Source: Chiloscyllium plagiosum
Taxonomy: Eukaryota
DNA: 48,759 nt
Assembly (NCBI RefSeq): GCF_004010195.1
Contig: NC_057754.1
Span: 7,352,434-7,401,192, forward strand
Direction: 5' to 3'
In this document: positions 38,305 through 48,759 of the stretch, one piece after another
Numbering within the stretch: position 1 is the first letter of the stretch
How the letters are laid out: each line of letters starts with the position of its first letter
Position numbers and translations under genes: made by a program
Notes under the pieces: model-generated
Told to the model about the DNA's origin: nothing
The model's database searches: none
Seen by the model: the letters and a program-made list of their open reading frames with translations, nothing else

Positions 38305-38765
38305 ATTGCCTTCTCTTCCTTCAGGCGCCCAGGTCTAGATGCAGACCTGGAGCCTCGGCCTAGCCTGTGAATCCGGGCCTAGACCGCCTTTCTCCTCCTT
38401 CAGGCGCCTGGGCCTAGATGCGGATCTGGAGTCTCGGCCTAGCCTGTGATTCAGGGCCTGGACCGCCTTTCTCCTCCTTCAGGCGCACGGGCCTGGATGC
38501 GGATCTGGAGTCTCGGCCTAGCCTGTGATTCAGGGCCTGGACCGCCTTTCTCCTCCTTCAGGCGCACGGGCCTAGATGCAGATCTGGAGTCTCGGCCTAG
38601 CCTGTGATTCTGGGCTTAAACCGCCTTTCTCTTCCTTCAGGCGCCGGGCCTAGATGCGGATCTGGAACCTTGCCCTAGCCTGCGATTCCAGGCCAAGACC
38701 GCCTTTCTCCTCTTTCAGGTGTCTGGGCCTAGGCATGGACCCGGAGCCTCAGCCTAGCCTGCGTG
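38305..38765. repeat. 79-bp GC-rich tandem repeat, about 6 copies
   Basis: CCGCCTTTCTCCTCCTTCAGGCGC..CCTAGATGCGGATCTGGAGTCTCGGCCTAGCCTG recurs at 38463 and 38542 (period 79). Confidence 0.9.
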
Positions 38766-39511
38766 TCTAGGCCGGGGGAGTCAGCCCAGACCTGTTCCTT
38801 GCTCGACAGCAGATCCCGGGCTGGGCTGGGGGCGTTTCCGGTTTGTACTAGCGTCACTGCTGCCAGAGGCCTCCTCCCTCACCTGCCACTCTCCTGACTT
38901 TGAAGAAAAGAAAATGAACAAAAGAAAGGGAAAAAAAGCAAAAGTACAAAACAAAGAAAGAAAACTGACTGGAACGGATGCGTCCCTGTGCTCAGCACCA
39001 CCCTACTCTGCTGCTATCTTGAAATATTAACCAGGATCTCTGGATTAGTAGCTTGGTGATATTACTACAATGCCGCCATTTCCTCCAAGGTCATATCTCA
39101 GATGCCCATTTGCAGGGCCATTTATGTAAAGAAAGGACATCCAGGTTGCTACTCACAACCCAGGAGTGTTTGGCCTGGATCTCTGCAGCCTCTACGATGT
39201 TGTGGTCTATATTGACAGCCATTCTTTTGGCGTGATCCCATTAATTTTTAAAATATTGTGGCTGGGGAGAAAATAGCGGCTTGACTGAGTTTCAAAAGCC
39301 ATCCAATGAGGAGTCAGCTTGCTCTCTGGATGCACAGACTCCATGAGAATGAACAAGCCTGGAAGCCAATCACAGGAGAGTGAGACGGCGATGGTTGACA
39401 ACAGGAGCTGAGTCGTCCAGGTATAGGCCCAAAACAGAATTCACAATGTGATTGGTCAGGCCTGAGTTAGTACCTGCGAAACTTGTTATTTCACTGTGAA
39501 CTACCAGATTC

Positions 39512-40210
39512 ATTCTATATCTAACCCCATGCTGTACCTGTCCTGGATGCATTTGATGGGGACAGTACAGAGGGAGATTGACTCTATCTAATCCTGTGCT
39601 GTCCCTGTCCTGGGAGTGTTTGATGGGGGACAGTGTAGAGGGGGCTTTACTCTGTATCTAACCCTGTCCTGTACCTGCCCTGGGGAGTGTTTGATGGGGA
39701 CAGAATAGAGGGAGCTGTACTCTGTATCTAACCCAATGCTGTCCCTGTCCTGGGAGCGTTTGATGGGGGACAGTATAGAGGGAGCTGTACTCTGTATCTA
39801 ACCCCGTGCTGTCCCTGTCCTGGGAGCGTTTGATGGGGGACAGTATAGAGGGAGATTTACTCTGTATCTAACCCCGTGCTGTCCCTGTCCTGGGAGCGTT
39901 TGATGGGGACAGTATAGAGGGAGATTTACTCTGTATCTAACCCTGTGCTTTCCCTGTCCTAAGAGTGTTTGATGGGGACAGTGTAGAGGGAGACTTACTC
40001 TGTATCTAAGCCTGTGCTGTCCCAGTTCTGGGACTGCTTGATGGGGAACAGGGGAGAGAGAGTTTTACTAAGTATCTAACTCTTTGCTATTCCTATCCTG
40101 GGAGTTTTTGATGCGGGATGGTGTAGAGGAGGCTTTGCTCTGTATCTAACTCCATACTGTCCATATCCTGGGGTTGTATGATGGTGACAATGTAGAGCAA
40201 GCTTTACTTT
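39512..40210. repeat. 69-70-bp satellite (TCTGTATCTAACCCCGTGCTGTCCCTGTCCTGGGAGTGTTTGATGGGGACAGTGTAGAGGGAGCTTTAC)n, about 10 copies
   Basis: Tandem units, degenerating at both edges. Confidence 0.93.
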
Positions 40211-40845
40211 CAGTTTAAAAGTGTACAGAGAGTTTTACTAGTAGATAATTCCGTTATCCGGGCTTACTGTGCCTCCAGTTAAATGACACAGACGATGCCA
40301 AAAATGAATACCTCCCCCCACCTCCCGCTCAACTCATTAGCATTAACCAGTTTTCCGTCATGTAACTCCACGGGGGTTTTGGTGTATGAATGACTCATTT
40401 GAAGCCTTTCAGTCTTGATGTGTCTCTGTCCGGGTTTCAAACTGGTCACGTTCTGACTGCGACTGGCCCTGGAAGTGGTCCCCAGCCAAATCCCTCGCTC
40501 TCAGTCCTGCTCAGTACTTTCAGATCGCACTTTTTCCGGTAATTCTGACTGACTCCATTTCCCGCGCTCCCAACCCCCTCCACCCCCACGGCCTCTTGAC
40601 TGGCTCAATGCCCCAAGAGCTTTGGGTCATCCGGCTAGATCCCAGGGTGGATCCCCCGCTGATCAACAACCACCCGGACCAGAGAGGATCACTGGGCAGG
40701 GTAGGCCAAGTGTGGTGGTGAAGGCGTCTGCAGTGGGATAGCCACTCAACAAGCTGTAGGCTCACGGATGAATTGCGTCCATCTCTCTCTCGCAGTGAAT
40801 GGCTACCATTAATTTTATAATGCACTGTAACACCTCAAAGCAACA

Positions 40846-41169
40846 GCACAGCATGGTGGCTCAGTGGTTAGCACCGCTGCATCACGGCGCCAGGGACCCG
40901 GGTTCAATTCCCGCCTCGGGCGACTGTCTGTTTGGAGTTTGCACATTCTCCCCTTGTCTGTGTGGGTTTCCTCTGGGTGCTCCGGTTTCCCCCCACATTC
41001 CAAACATCTGTGAATTGGCCATTCTGAATTGCCCATAGTGTTAGGTGCATTAGTCAGGGGTAAATATAGGATAGGGGAATGGGTCTGGGTGAGTTGCTGT
41101 TTGGAGGGTCAGTGTGGACTTGTTGGGCCGAAGGGCCTGTTTCCATACTGTAGGGAATCTAATCTAATC
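40846..41169 (+). mobile_element. HE1-type V-SINE, full length
   Basis: A-box/B-box tRNA head (TGGCTCAGTGG, GGTTCAATTCC), V-domain and (AATCT)n tail. Confidence 0.9.
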
Positions 41170-41294
41170 AATAATCAGCAAACATCTTCAGTCCAAGTGA
41201 ATTCAGCCATCTCCTTCCCCTCACCTTAGCCCCATCCTCCAAAGCTGGATCCAATGCACTGAAACTTACCTTCCATTCTTTAAAAAGAGCAAAA

Positions 41295-42492
41295 CTATCG
41301 GAGGGTCAGTACTAAAGGAGCGCCACAATGTCAGAGGGTTTGTACTGAGGGAGTGCAGCACTGTTGGAGGGTCAGTACTGAGGGAGCACTGCAATGTTGG
41401 AGGGTCAGTACAGAGGGAGCACTGCAATGTTGGAGGGTCAGTACAGAGGGAGTGCTGCACAACTGGAGGGTGTGTACTGAGCTGGTGCTGCACTGTTGGA
41501 GGGTCAGTACTGAGGAAGCTCTGCACAATTGCAGGTTTGTAATGAGAGAGCACTGCACTGTTGGAGGGTCAGTGCTGAGGGAGTGCTGCACAGTTGAAGG
41601 GACAGTACTGAAGGAGAGCCGCACTGTCGGAGGGTCAGTACTGAGGGAGTGCCGTACTGACGGAGGGTCAGTACTGAGGGAGTGCTGCACTGTCAGAGGG
41701 TCAGTACTGAGGGAGTGCTGCACTGTCAGACAGTCAGTACTGAGGGAGTGCTGCCCTGTCAGAGGGTCAGTACTGAGGGAGTGCTGCACTGTTGGACGCT
41801 CAGTACTGAGGGAGTGCTGCACTGTCGGAGGGTCAGTGCTGAGGGAGTCCTGTACTGTCAGAGGGTTTGTACTGAGAAAGTGCTGCACTGTCGGAGGGTC
41901 AGTACGATATGGGAGCTGTATTGTCGGATGGTCAGTATTGAGGGAGTGCTGCACTGTCGGAGGATCAGTACGATATGGGAGCTGTATTGCCGGATGGTCA
42001 GTACTGAGGGAGTGCTGCACTGTTGGAGGGTCAGTACGATATGGGAGTTGTATTGTCGGATGGTCAGTAATGAGGGAGTGCTGCACTGTCGGAGGGTCAG
42101 TACGATATGGGAGCTGTATTGTCGGATGGTCAGTATTGAGGGAATGCTGCACTGTGGGAGGGTCAGTACGATATTGGAGCTGTATTGTCGGAGGGTCAGT
42201 ATTGAGGGAGTGCTGCACTGTCGGAGAATCAGTACGATATGGGGGCTATATTGTCGGAGGGTCAGTATTGAGGGAGTGCTGCACTGTCGGAGAATCAGTA
42301 CGATATGGGGGCTATATTGTCGGATGGTCAGTATTGAGGGAGTGCGGCACTGTCGGAGGGTCAGTACGATATGGGGGCTGTATTGTCGGATGGTCAGTAT
42401 TGAGGGAGTGCTGCACTGTCGGAGGGTCAGTACGATATGGGAGCTGTATTGTCGGATGGTCAGTATTGAGGGAGTGCTGCACTATCAGAGGC
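41295..42492 (-). repeat. 33-bp satellite, same family as 12770-13790, opposite orientation
   Basis: (GAGGGTCAGTACTGAGGGAGTGCTGCACTGTCG)n; 66-bp dimeric structure from about 41890. Confidence 0.97.
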
Positions 42493-43203
42493 ATTGACTC
42501 AATCTGCCCTCAGATACAGCCATTAAAGATTCCCGGGGCCTCAATTAGATAAAAGTCAGCAAGTGAAGCAATGTCACACAAATATAAAATCTGGTCATCG
42601 TCACAATGCCATTTGTTGGAGTCTTCTGTGCACCAATTAGCTGCAGCCCCATCTCTCCCCTCCCATATGGCATTAGATGGGTCCACTTCACTGAAGTCCA
42701 CCATTGGCTGTGAATCACTTTGGGGAAGTCCTGAGGTTGTGATAGGCCCTGGAGAAATGCATTAGTCATTCCTCTCTGTCAGTCTGCCATAATTGTCCAT
42801 TTGAGGCATCATTGGGAATTGGCGTCCTGTGCTGGGTTGAGGGGGGGTTGCTGCTGCATTACAAGAGAGGGTGAGAGAGAAATGGTCTTCTTAGGGTCCC
42901 GAGAAATCTTGGCAAGTGTTGAGTGTGCATTGGACAGGCAAGAGAATGGGGAGTGTAGATCAGATGGCCTACTTCAGATTGGGAGGTAAGGAGATGGGAC
43001 ACAGCTTTGAGCTGTTAATTCTGGAACTAATATGAGGGAGAACTTTGGAATAGATATCAACAGACTCCCAGATAGAGCAGAGGGGATATAAACTCTGATT
43101 GTTGGCTGTGATAGTAATCGGCGTGTTTGTCTGATCACCTTAACATGGTTGACACTTGGCTAAAGGAATGATTCAGTCCCATCTGGTATTGTACACCTGG
43201 TAT

Positions 43204-43512
43204 GGGCGGCACGGTGGCACAGTGGTTAGCACTGCTGCCTCACAGCGCCAGAGACCCGGGTTCAATTCCCGCCTCAGGCGACTGACTGTGTGGAGTTTGC
43301 ACGTTCTCCCCGTGTCTGCGTGGGTTTCCTCCGGGTGCTCCGGTTTCCTCCCACAGTCCAAAGATGTGCAGGGTCAGGTGAATTGGCCATGTTAAATTGC
43401 CCGTAGTGTTAGGTAAGGGGTAAATGTATGGGTGGGTTGCGCTTCGGCGGGGCGGTGTGGACTTGTTGGGCCGAAGGGCCTGTTTCCACATTGTAAGTAA
43501 TCTAATCTAATC
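43204..43512 (+). mobile_element. HE1-type V-SINE, full length, little decayed
   Basis: GGGCGGCACGGTGGCACAGTGGTTAGCACTGCTGCCTCACAGCGCCAGAGACCCGGGTTCAATTCCC..(TAATC)n tail. Confidence 0.93.
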
Positions 43513-44189
43513 TATATTGCACCTGTGTGTGTGTGTCAGTGTTAGCTCTTGTACATGTACAGTACGCACTGGCTAAAAGTGTGTGTGTGTGTGTATCTGT
43601 GTTAGCTCCTGTACATGCTAACACAGTAAAAGGGAATGATTCACTCCTATGTGGCACTGTACAGACCTCTGTTTGTGTGTGTATGCCTGTGTGCGTCTCA
43701 CACCTGTTTGACTATTCCCCTTCGGCTACTGATACAGTAGTAAACAAGCTGTCAGGTTTCACTGGGACGAGCTGAATGCAGCCTCTGCCTTCCTGGGGAC
43801 GCACACCAGGGGGCACCAGGCACCAGCTGTTGACTGTGGCTGTCCCACACTGCTTGTTCACAGTGGGCATCTCTGTACTGCTCCTACCTGTGTACTTTCC
43901 AACAGCTCAAGGGACAGGCTGAGGCCATTCAACCCTGCCGGCCTGTCCTGTTTTGCGAATAGATGTTGGCTGATCTGCATCTTTGCTCCATCCAACTGAT
44001 CGGGTTCCACTAATCTTCCATATCCCTGAAAATCTCAACTGTGTGAGGAGAGTGTTTCAGATTTCTCACTCCCCTCTAAGTGGGGATTCTTCCTGACGTG
44101 AAAGATGTTGTAATTTTAAGATTGTTGCACCTCTGGTCTCAGAGGAAACAGCTTCTCTCTGGCAACCTTACCAAATCCTTTAGGGGAAA

Positions 44190-44912
44190 GTGCGCTTCAG
44201 GGGACATCTTTGGGACTCCAGCATCAACCAACCCCACCGCCCCGTGGCTGAACACTTCAACTCCCCCTCTCCCTCCGCCAAGGACATGCAGGTCCTGAGC
44301 CTCCTCCATCGCCAAACCCTCACCACCCAACAACTGGAGGAAGACTAACTCATCTTCTGCCTCAGGACCTCCCCAACCCCATGACATCAATGTAGATTTC
44401 ATCAGTTTCCTCATTTCACTTCCCCCCCACCTTATCCCAGTCCCAACCTTCCAACTCGGCACCGCCCTTCTGACCCGCCCTACCTGTCCATTTTCCTTCC
44501 CACCCTCCTCTCCGACCTATCACCATTATCGCCACCTCCGATCGCACTCTCAGCTACATTCCACCCACCACTACCCCCTCCCATTTATCTCACCATCCCT
44601 CAGCTCACAGCCTTACTCCTGATGAAGGGCTTTTGCCCGAAATGTTGATTCTCCTGCTCCTCGGATGCTGCCTGACCTGCTGTGCTTTTCCAGCACCACG
44701 CTCTTGACTCTAATCCAAATCCTTTAATCATCTCAAATTCCCAGATTAGATTGCATTTCAATCTACTTCACAAACCCAGTCTGTGCAACCCCTCCTCAAC
44801 ATTTAGCCCCCTCTTCCTGATGAAGGGCTCCTCGGATACTGCCTGACCTGCTGTGCTTTTCCAGCAAACACACTCTCAACTCTGATCTCCATCTTCTGCA
44901 GACCTCACTGTC
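44190..44912 (+). mobile_element. Penelope-like 3' fragments (44190-44712 and 44812-44912)
   Basis: Reverse complement of the 31751-32270 segment; terminal CCTGATGAAGGGCT..GATGCTGCCTGACCTGCTGTGCTTTTCCAGC. Confidence 0.8.
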
Positions 44913-45299
44913 TCCCTGCAGTCCCCGGAGCGTTCTATTGAATCCGCACTGCACCCTGCAAGTTGAGTCTGTTCTGCCCGAAGATGCGGTGTCCAGGTTG
45001 AACGTGGTCACTCCCAATGGGTCTCTGCCCAGACCTTTACATCAGCAGGAACAAAACTTCAACACTGTGCAGCACAGAGACAGTCACCCTGAAAGGGGGT
45101 GGGGGGTGGAATGAGAAGCTGCCAGGGAGAGGCCACAGGGAGATGGGGACCCTGCTCAGACTATGCAGAGATAGGCCAAGAGGCACCAACTCTTGAGGTG
45201 AGGTTTGAAATGTGACAGGAGAGGGTATAACTCCCATTCAGCGTGGTGACATATCATATCTAGGGATGGACGGGAAAACACTATATTTACACTGTCAAG

Positions 45300-45480
45300 T
45301 CTCCAATGCACTGCCAAATGAGTTACAGACTGGAATCTAATCGAAGGGTTCAGGGTGGTTTATATGTAGAATAACAGATACCAGGGAGTAAGTTACAGAT
45401 TTGAATCTAATCAAGGTGTTCGAGGTGGTTTATATCTAGAATAACAGATACCTGGGTGTGAGAAACAGACTGGAATCTGT
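45300..45480. repeat. About 66-bp repeat (GAGTTACAGACTGGAATCTAATCGAAGGGTTC..ATATGTAGAATAACAGATACC), about 3 copies, resuming at 46170-46255
   Basis: Tandem units on both sides of the LTR-like insertion. Confidence 0.7.
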
Positions 45481-45486
45481 AGTGAT

Positions 45487-46169
45487 TGTAACAAGGTCAG
45501 CCAGGGGGAACCTCAGAGAATATGAGTTCCCTGATTGGGGCTGTTAATCCAGTCCAATCAGGAAGCCCTGGCTGACAGACAAGATCAGGAGTGTCGAGGG
45601 TTGACTGCCTGCCCCACTTCCGCGGTTACGTTAGAGCCCGGTTATCTCTGGAGAAGGAGTACACGGTGTCCACCAACACCCTTGAGCTGTTCAGGGAGAG
45701 GTGGGTACCGCAGGGAGTGGACTGCACTATTTTCCGTCTAATTCTATTTTTCTTTAACCCCTGCCCTCTCCTTCGCTGTTTGGTCACGCAGCATTGCCCT
45801 TTGATGTGAAGGGCACTGCTTGTCACTGGCCACTTGGGTGTTTCTTTTCCTTCCTGTTGGTGGGAATTAAATAAAGATTTGTACACCTTGGGTCTTTCAC
45901 TGTGTCTCATACCTGCACGCACACAACATAGGTGCTGGGGAATAAATAAGCACTACTGCAGATAGGCGGTAGTGTGGGGAAACAAAAAAAAACAAAAAAA
46001 TCAGGAAAAAAATAAACAGGAGTAAAAAAAATTTTAAAAAGAACAGCAGTGTTAGACTTCCTGTTCACTCTGAGAGCTAGCTCTGAGATCTGGATCAGTG
46101 TCAAGGCCTCTCCACATGTAAATAAAGAGGACTTGGTGACGCTTTACTGGCCTCTGTGGAGTTATTTCA
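45487..46169 (+). mobile_element. Short solo-LTR-like repeat (TG..CA) split by a Tx1-like insertion (45596-46041)
   Basis: Starts TGTAACAAGG and ends AATAAA..GTTATTTCA; the inner Tx1-like 3' end (GYVRARLSLEKE..FRERWVPQGV, poly-A) is flanked by imperfect CAGGAGTGTC / CAGCAGTGTT. Confidence 0.65.
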
Positions 46170-46364
46170 GAATTTAATCAAGGGATTTCGGAGGGGGTTA
46201 TATATAGAATAACACATCACCCAACTGTGCGTTATAAACTGGAATATATTCGAGGCGCTCAGATTTAACCTTTAACAAGCTTACACAAAGGAACCGCATT
46301 AGCCCTTCGGATCTATCCCATCATTCACCCTACCTCGAAATCGATTATTTTCTTAATTCCAGGT

Positions 46365-47572
46365 GCTTTGAATGGATGGTGGATGTAGGTACAATTACAA
46401 CATTTCAAAGACATTTGGATAAGTACATGAACAGGAATGGTTTGGCGGGATATGGGCCAAACACAGGCAAGTGGGACTAGTTTAGTTTGGGAAACATGAT
46501 AAGCATGGACTAATTGGACCGAATGTATGACTGCATGTCGTGTGACTCTATGGGAAATCTTCCAGGCATTGACAAGGAGAGGTAAATCAGGTCCAGAGTA
46601 TAAGAGAGAGAGAGAGAGAGTGCAGAGGCTAAACAGGAGCACTGAAGGCAGTCGAGAGAATGTGCAAACAAAACCTGCCCAAAACGGAGTGACTTCCAGG
46701 ACATTGGTTAGACCACTCCTGGAATATCGTGTCCAATTCTGGTCCCCCAGCTATAGGAAAGATATCGTTAAACTTGAAAGGGTTAAAAAAAGGTTTACAA
46801 GATGTTGTCGGGGTTGGAGAGAGTATAAGGAGAGGCTTAATAGACTGGGGACTGTTTTCCCTGGAGCGTTGGATGCTGAGGGGTAGTCTTATAGAGGTTT
46901 ATAAAATCATGAGAGGTATGGATATGGTGAATAATCAAGGACTTTTCCCCAGAGTAGGGGAGTACAAAAATAGAGGCCATCCATTCAAGGTGAGAGGGGA
47001 ATGGTATAAAAGGGACCTAAGGGGCAACATTTTCATGCAGAGGGTGAAAAAGTTGAGGTGCATGCATTTAAGGTGAGAGGGGAAAAGTTCAAAGGAGATG
47101 TGAGGCATAGGTCTTTTTAGACAGAGAGTGGTAGAAGTCTGAAATGTGCTGCCAGGGCTGATGGTGGAGTCAGGTATAATTGGGACGTTTAAGGGATTTG
47201 TAGATAAGCACATGAGTATGCAAGGAATGTAGGAATATGGACCAAGATTAGTTTATTTTGTGATCAAGTTCGGCACAACATCGTGGGCTGAAGGGCCCGT
47301 TGCTGTGCTGTATTGTTCTATGTTTTACGTCTTTTCCCTAGGGCAGGGGGGTCCAAACCTTGAGGGCACAGGTTTAAGGTGAGAGGGGGAAAAATTTAAA
47401 AGGTACCTAAGGGGCAACTTTTTCACAAAGAGGGTGGTGCATGTATGGAATGAGCTGCCAGAGGAAGTGGTGGAGGCTGGCACAATCACAACATTTAAAA
47501 GGCATCTGGATGGATACATTAATAGGAAGGGTTTAGAGGGATATGGGCCAAATTTTGGCATATGGGAATAAA
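46365..47572 (+). mobile_element. Cluster of CR1 3' fragments (46365-46550, 46700-47325, 47330-47572)
   Basis: RTLVRPLLEYRVQFWSPSYRKD and repeated RGH.FKVRG..WNELPEEVVEA segments. Confidence 0.88.
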
Positions 47573-47876
47573 TTACAGTAATTTAGGGATGTCTGGAGTT
47601 GGGAGTGAATTGAATTGAATTGAATTTATTGTCATGTGTACCGAGGCACAGTGAAAAGCTTTGTCTTGCGAGCAATACAGGCAGATCACAGAGTTAAGTA
47701 GCATAGATAAGTAAATAATAGGTAAACAGCGGCAAAAACAAAAACACAGGTACAGGCGAATGTTAAGAGTTTGAGAGTCTATTCGGTATTCTAACAACAG
47801 TAGGGCAGAAACTGTTGTGAAACTGGTTGGTGTGTGTTCCGCTGCACAATGATCCGGAGTGTTGGACAAAATTGAA

Positions 47877-48017
47877 AATCACACAACACCAGCTTATAAT
47901 CCAACAGGTTTATTTGGAGGCACTGCCTTTCGGAACGCCGCTCAGATGGCTAGCTCCGAAGGCTAGTGCTTCCAAGCAAACCTGTTGGGACTATACAGCC
48001 TGGTGTTGTGTGTGATT
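47877..48017. repeat. Inverted repeat (Penelope-type hairpin) about 320 bp upstream of the IkB ATG
   Basis: AATCACACAACACCAG..CCAACAGGTTTATTTGGA..TTCGGA pairs with TCCGAA..TCCAAGCAAACCTGTTGG..CTGGTGTTGTGTGTGATT. Confidence 0.75.
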
Positions 48018-48333
48018 ATTAAATGAAGTCACTGCTGGTTGCAGTGAAGTTGTTTGTTATTGGGAGTGTGTGTGTTTGTGTCAGACAGTGTGTGGTTTGC
48101 AGTGAGTTAATTCTAAAGGAGGCAGGTTTGTGGTACAGTCAGTGCATTAAAAGGGAAGGGAAGGGAAGGCAGCCTGCCTTTGCCTTTAAGTGTGCAGCCA
48201 GCCCAGAGGAGGAGGGTCTGAAGGACAGAGAGTTGCAGGCTGTGAAGGCTGGACTTGTGTCAGTTTGAGGAAAGAGGACAAGTCTCTCCAAGCCTGCTCC
48301 TGGTGATAGATAAATAACAAGGCCCCCTGAGCA

Positions 48334-48665
48334 ATGGCAGTGAGCCCAGGCGGGGACACCAAGGGCCTGCAGCTCCCCGACTCCCAGTGTGACTCTGGCC
48401 TGGATGGGGAGCTGGAGCGCCAGGAGCCCTGGGCCCTGAGCCTGGGCCTGGAGCCGGGGACGGGGACAGGGGCAGGGGCAGGGGCGGCCCCGGGCCCGGG
48501 CCCTCAGTGCGGGGCCTCCGGGGAGGACAGCTGCGACTCGGCCTACGCCTCGGACTTGCTGGAGACGTTCAGCGCTCGTTGCTCGCTGGGCTCGGCCGGG
48601 GGACAGGCCCCGGGCCCTGAGGCTCCCTTCGACCCCTGGGCCTACCTCAGCGAGGAGGGGGACAC
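48334..48665 (+). CDS. NF-kappa-B inhibitor (IkappaB family, epsilon-like), first coding exon
   Basis: GCAATGG Kozak context, GC-rich exon, DSQCDSGLD and CDSAYAS motifs (compare IkB-epsilon ESQYDSGIES and ADSTYGS). Ends AYLSEEGDT at the start of ankyrin repeat 1 with a phase-2 GTAAGT donor, the conserved IkB first-intron position. Confidence 0.85.
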
Positions 48666-48759
48666 GTAAGTGGTGCACTTTACCCCTCACCCTCACCCCC
48701 ACCCTCACCCCCGACCCCCACCCCCCTCCTCATTCATCACCCTCACACCACCCTCACCC

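Noticed and set aside
40520..40825. Unique stretches with short open frames (also 39180-39420 and 44920-45110)
   Set aside because: No recognisable homology or convincing paired splice sites.
43204..43275. tRNA-like sequence as a tRNA gene
   Set aside because: It is the head of an HE1-type SINE, continuing into the V-domain and tail; the same holds for 40846 and 10569.

Overview
Repeat-rich vertebrate genomic DNA, almost certainly shark (HE1-type V-SINEs, CR1/HER1 LINEs, Penelope GIY-YIG remnants, 33-bp and 69-bp satellites), with four N gaps. Recognisable genes: one internal exon of GPHA2 (thyrostimulin alpha, +, 560-744); TMEM151A, whose large exon 2 is on + (5212-6648) while its apparent first coding exon is on - (35596-35661); and exon 1 of an IkappaB-family gene resembling NFKBIE (+, 48334-48665). 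The TMEM151A strand conflict is best explained by mis-orientation of the block 2494-20778, which is bounded by two gaps of exactly 500 N. Flipping it gives a head-to-head TMEM151A / IkB-epsilon-like pair that mirrors human TMEM151B / NFKBIE. A heavily decayed CD248 (endosialin)-like pseudogene appears to lie tail-to-tail with TMEM151A (about 11950-14340, -). Nearly all other long ORFs in the track are satellite, retroelement or N-gap artefacts. Homologies come from recalled protein motifs, not database searches, and repeat boundaries are approximate.
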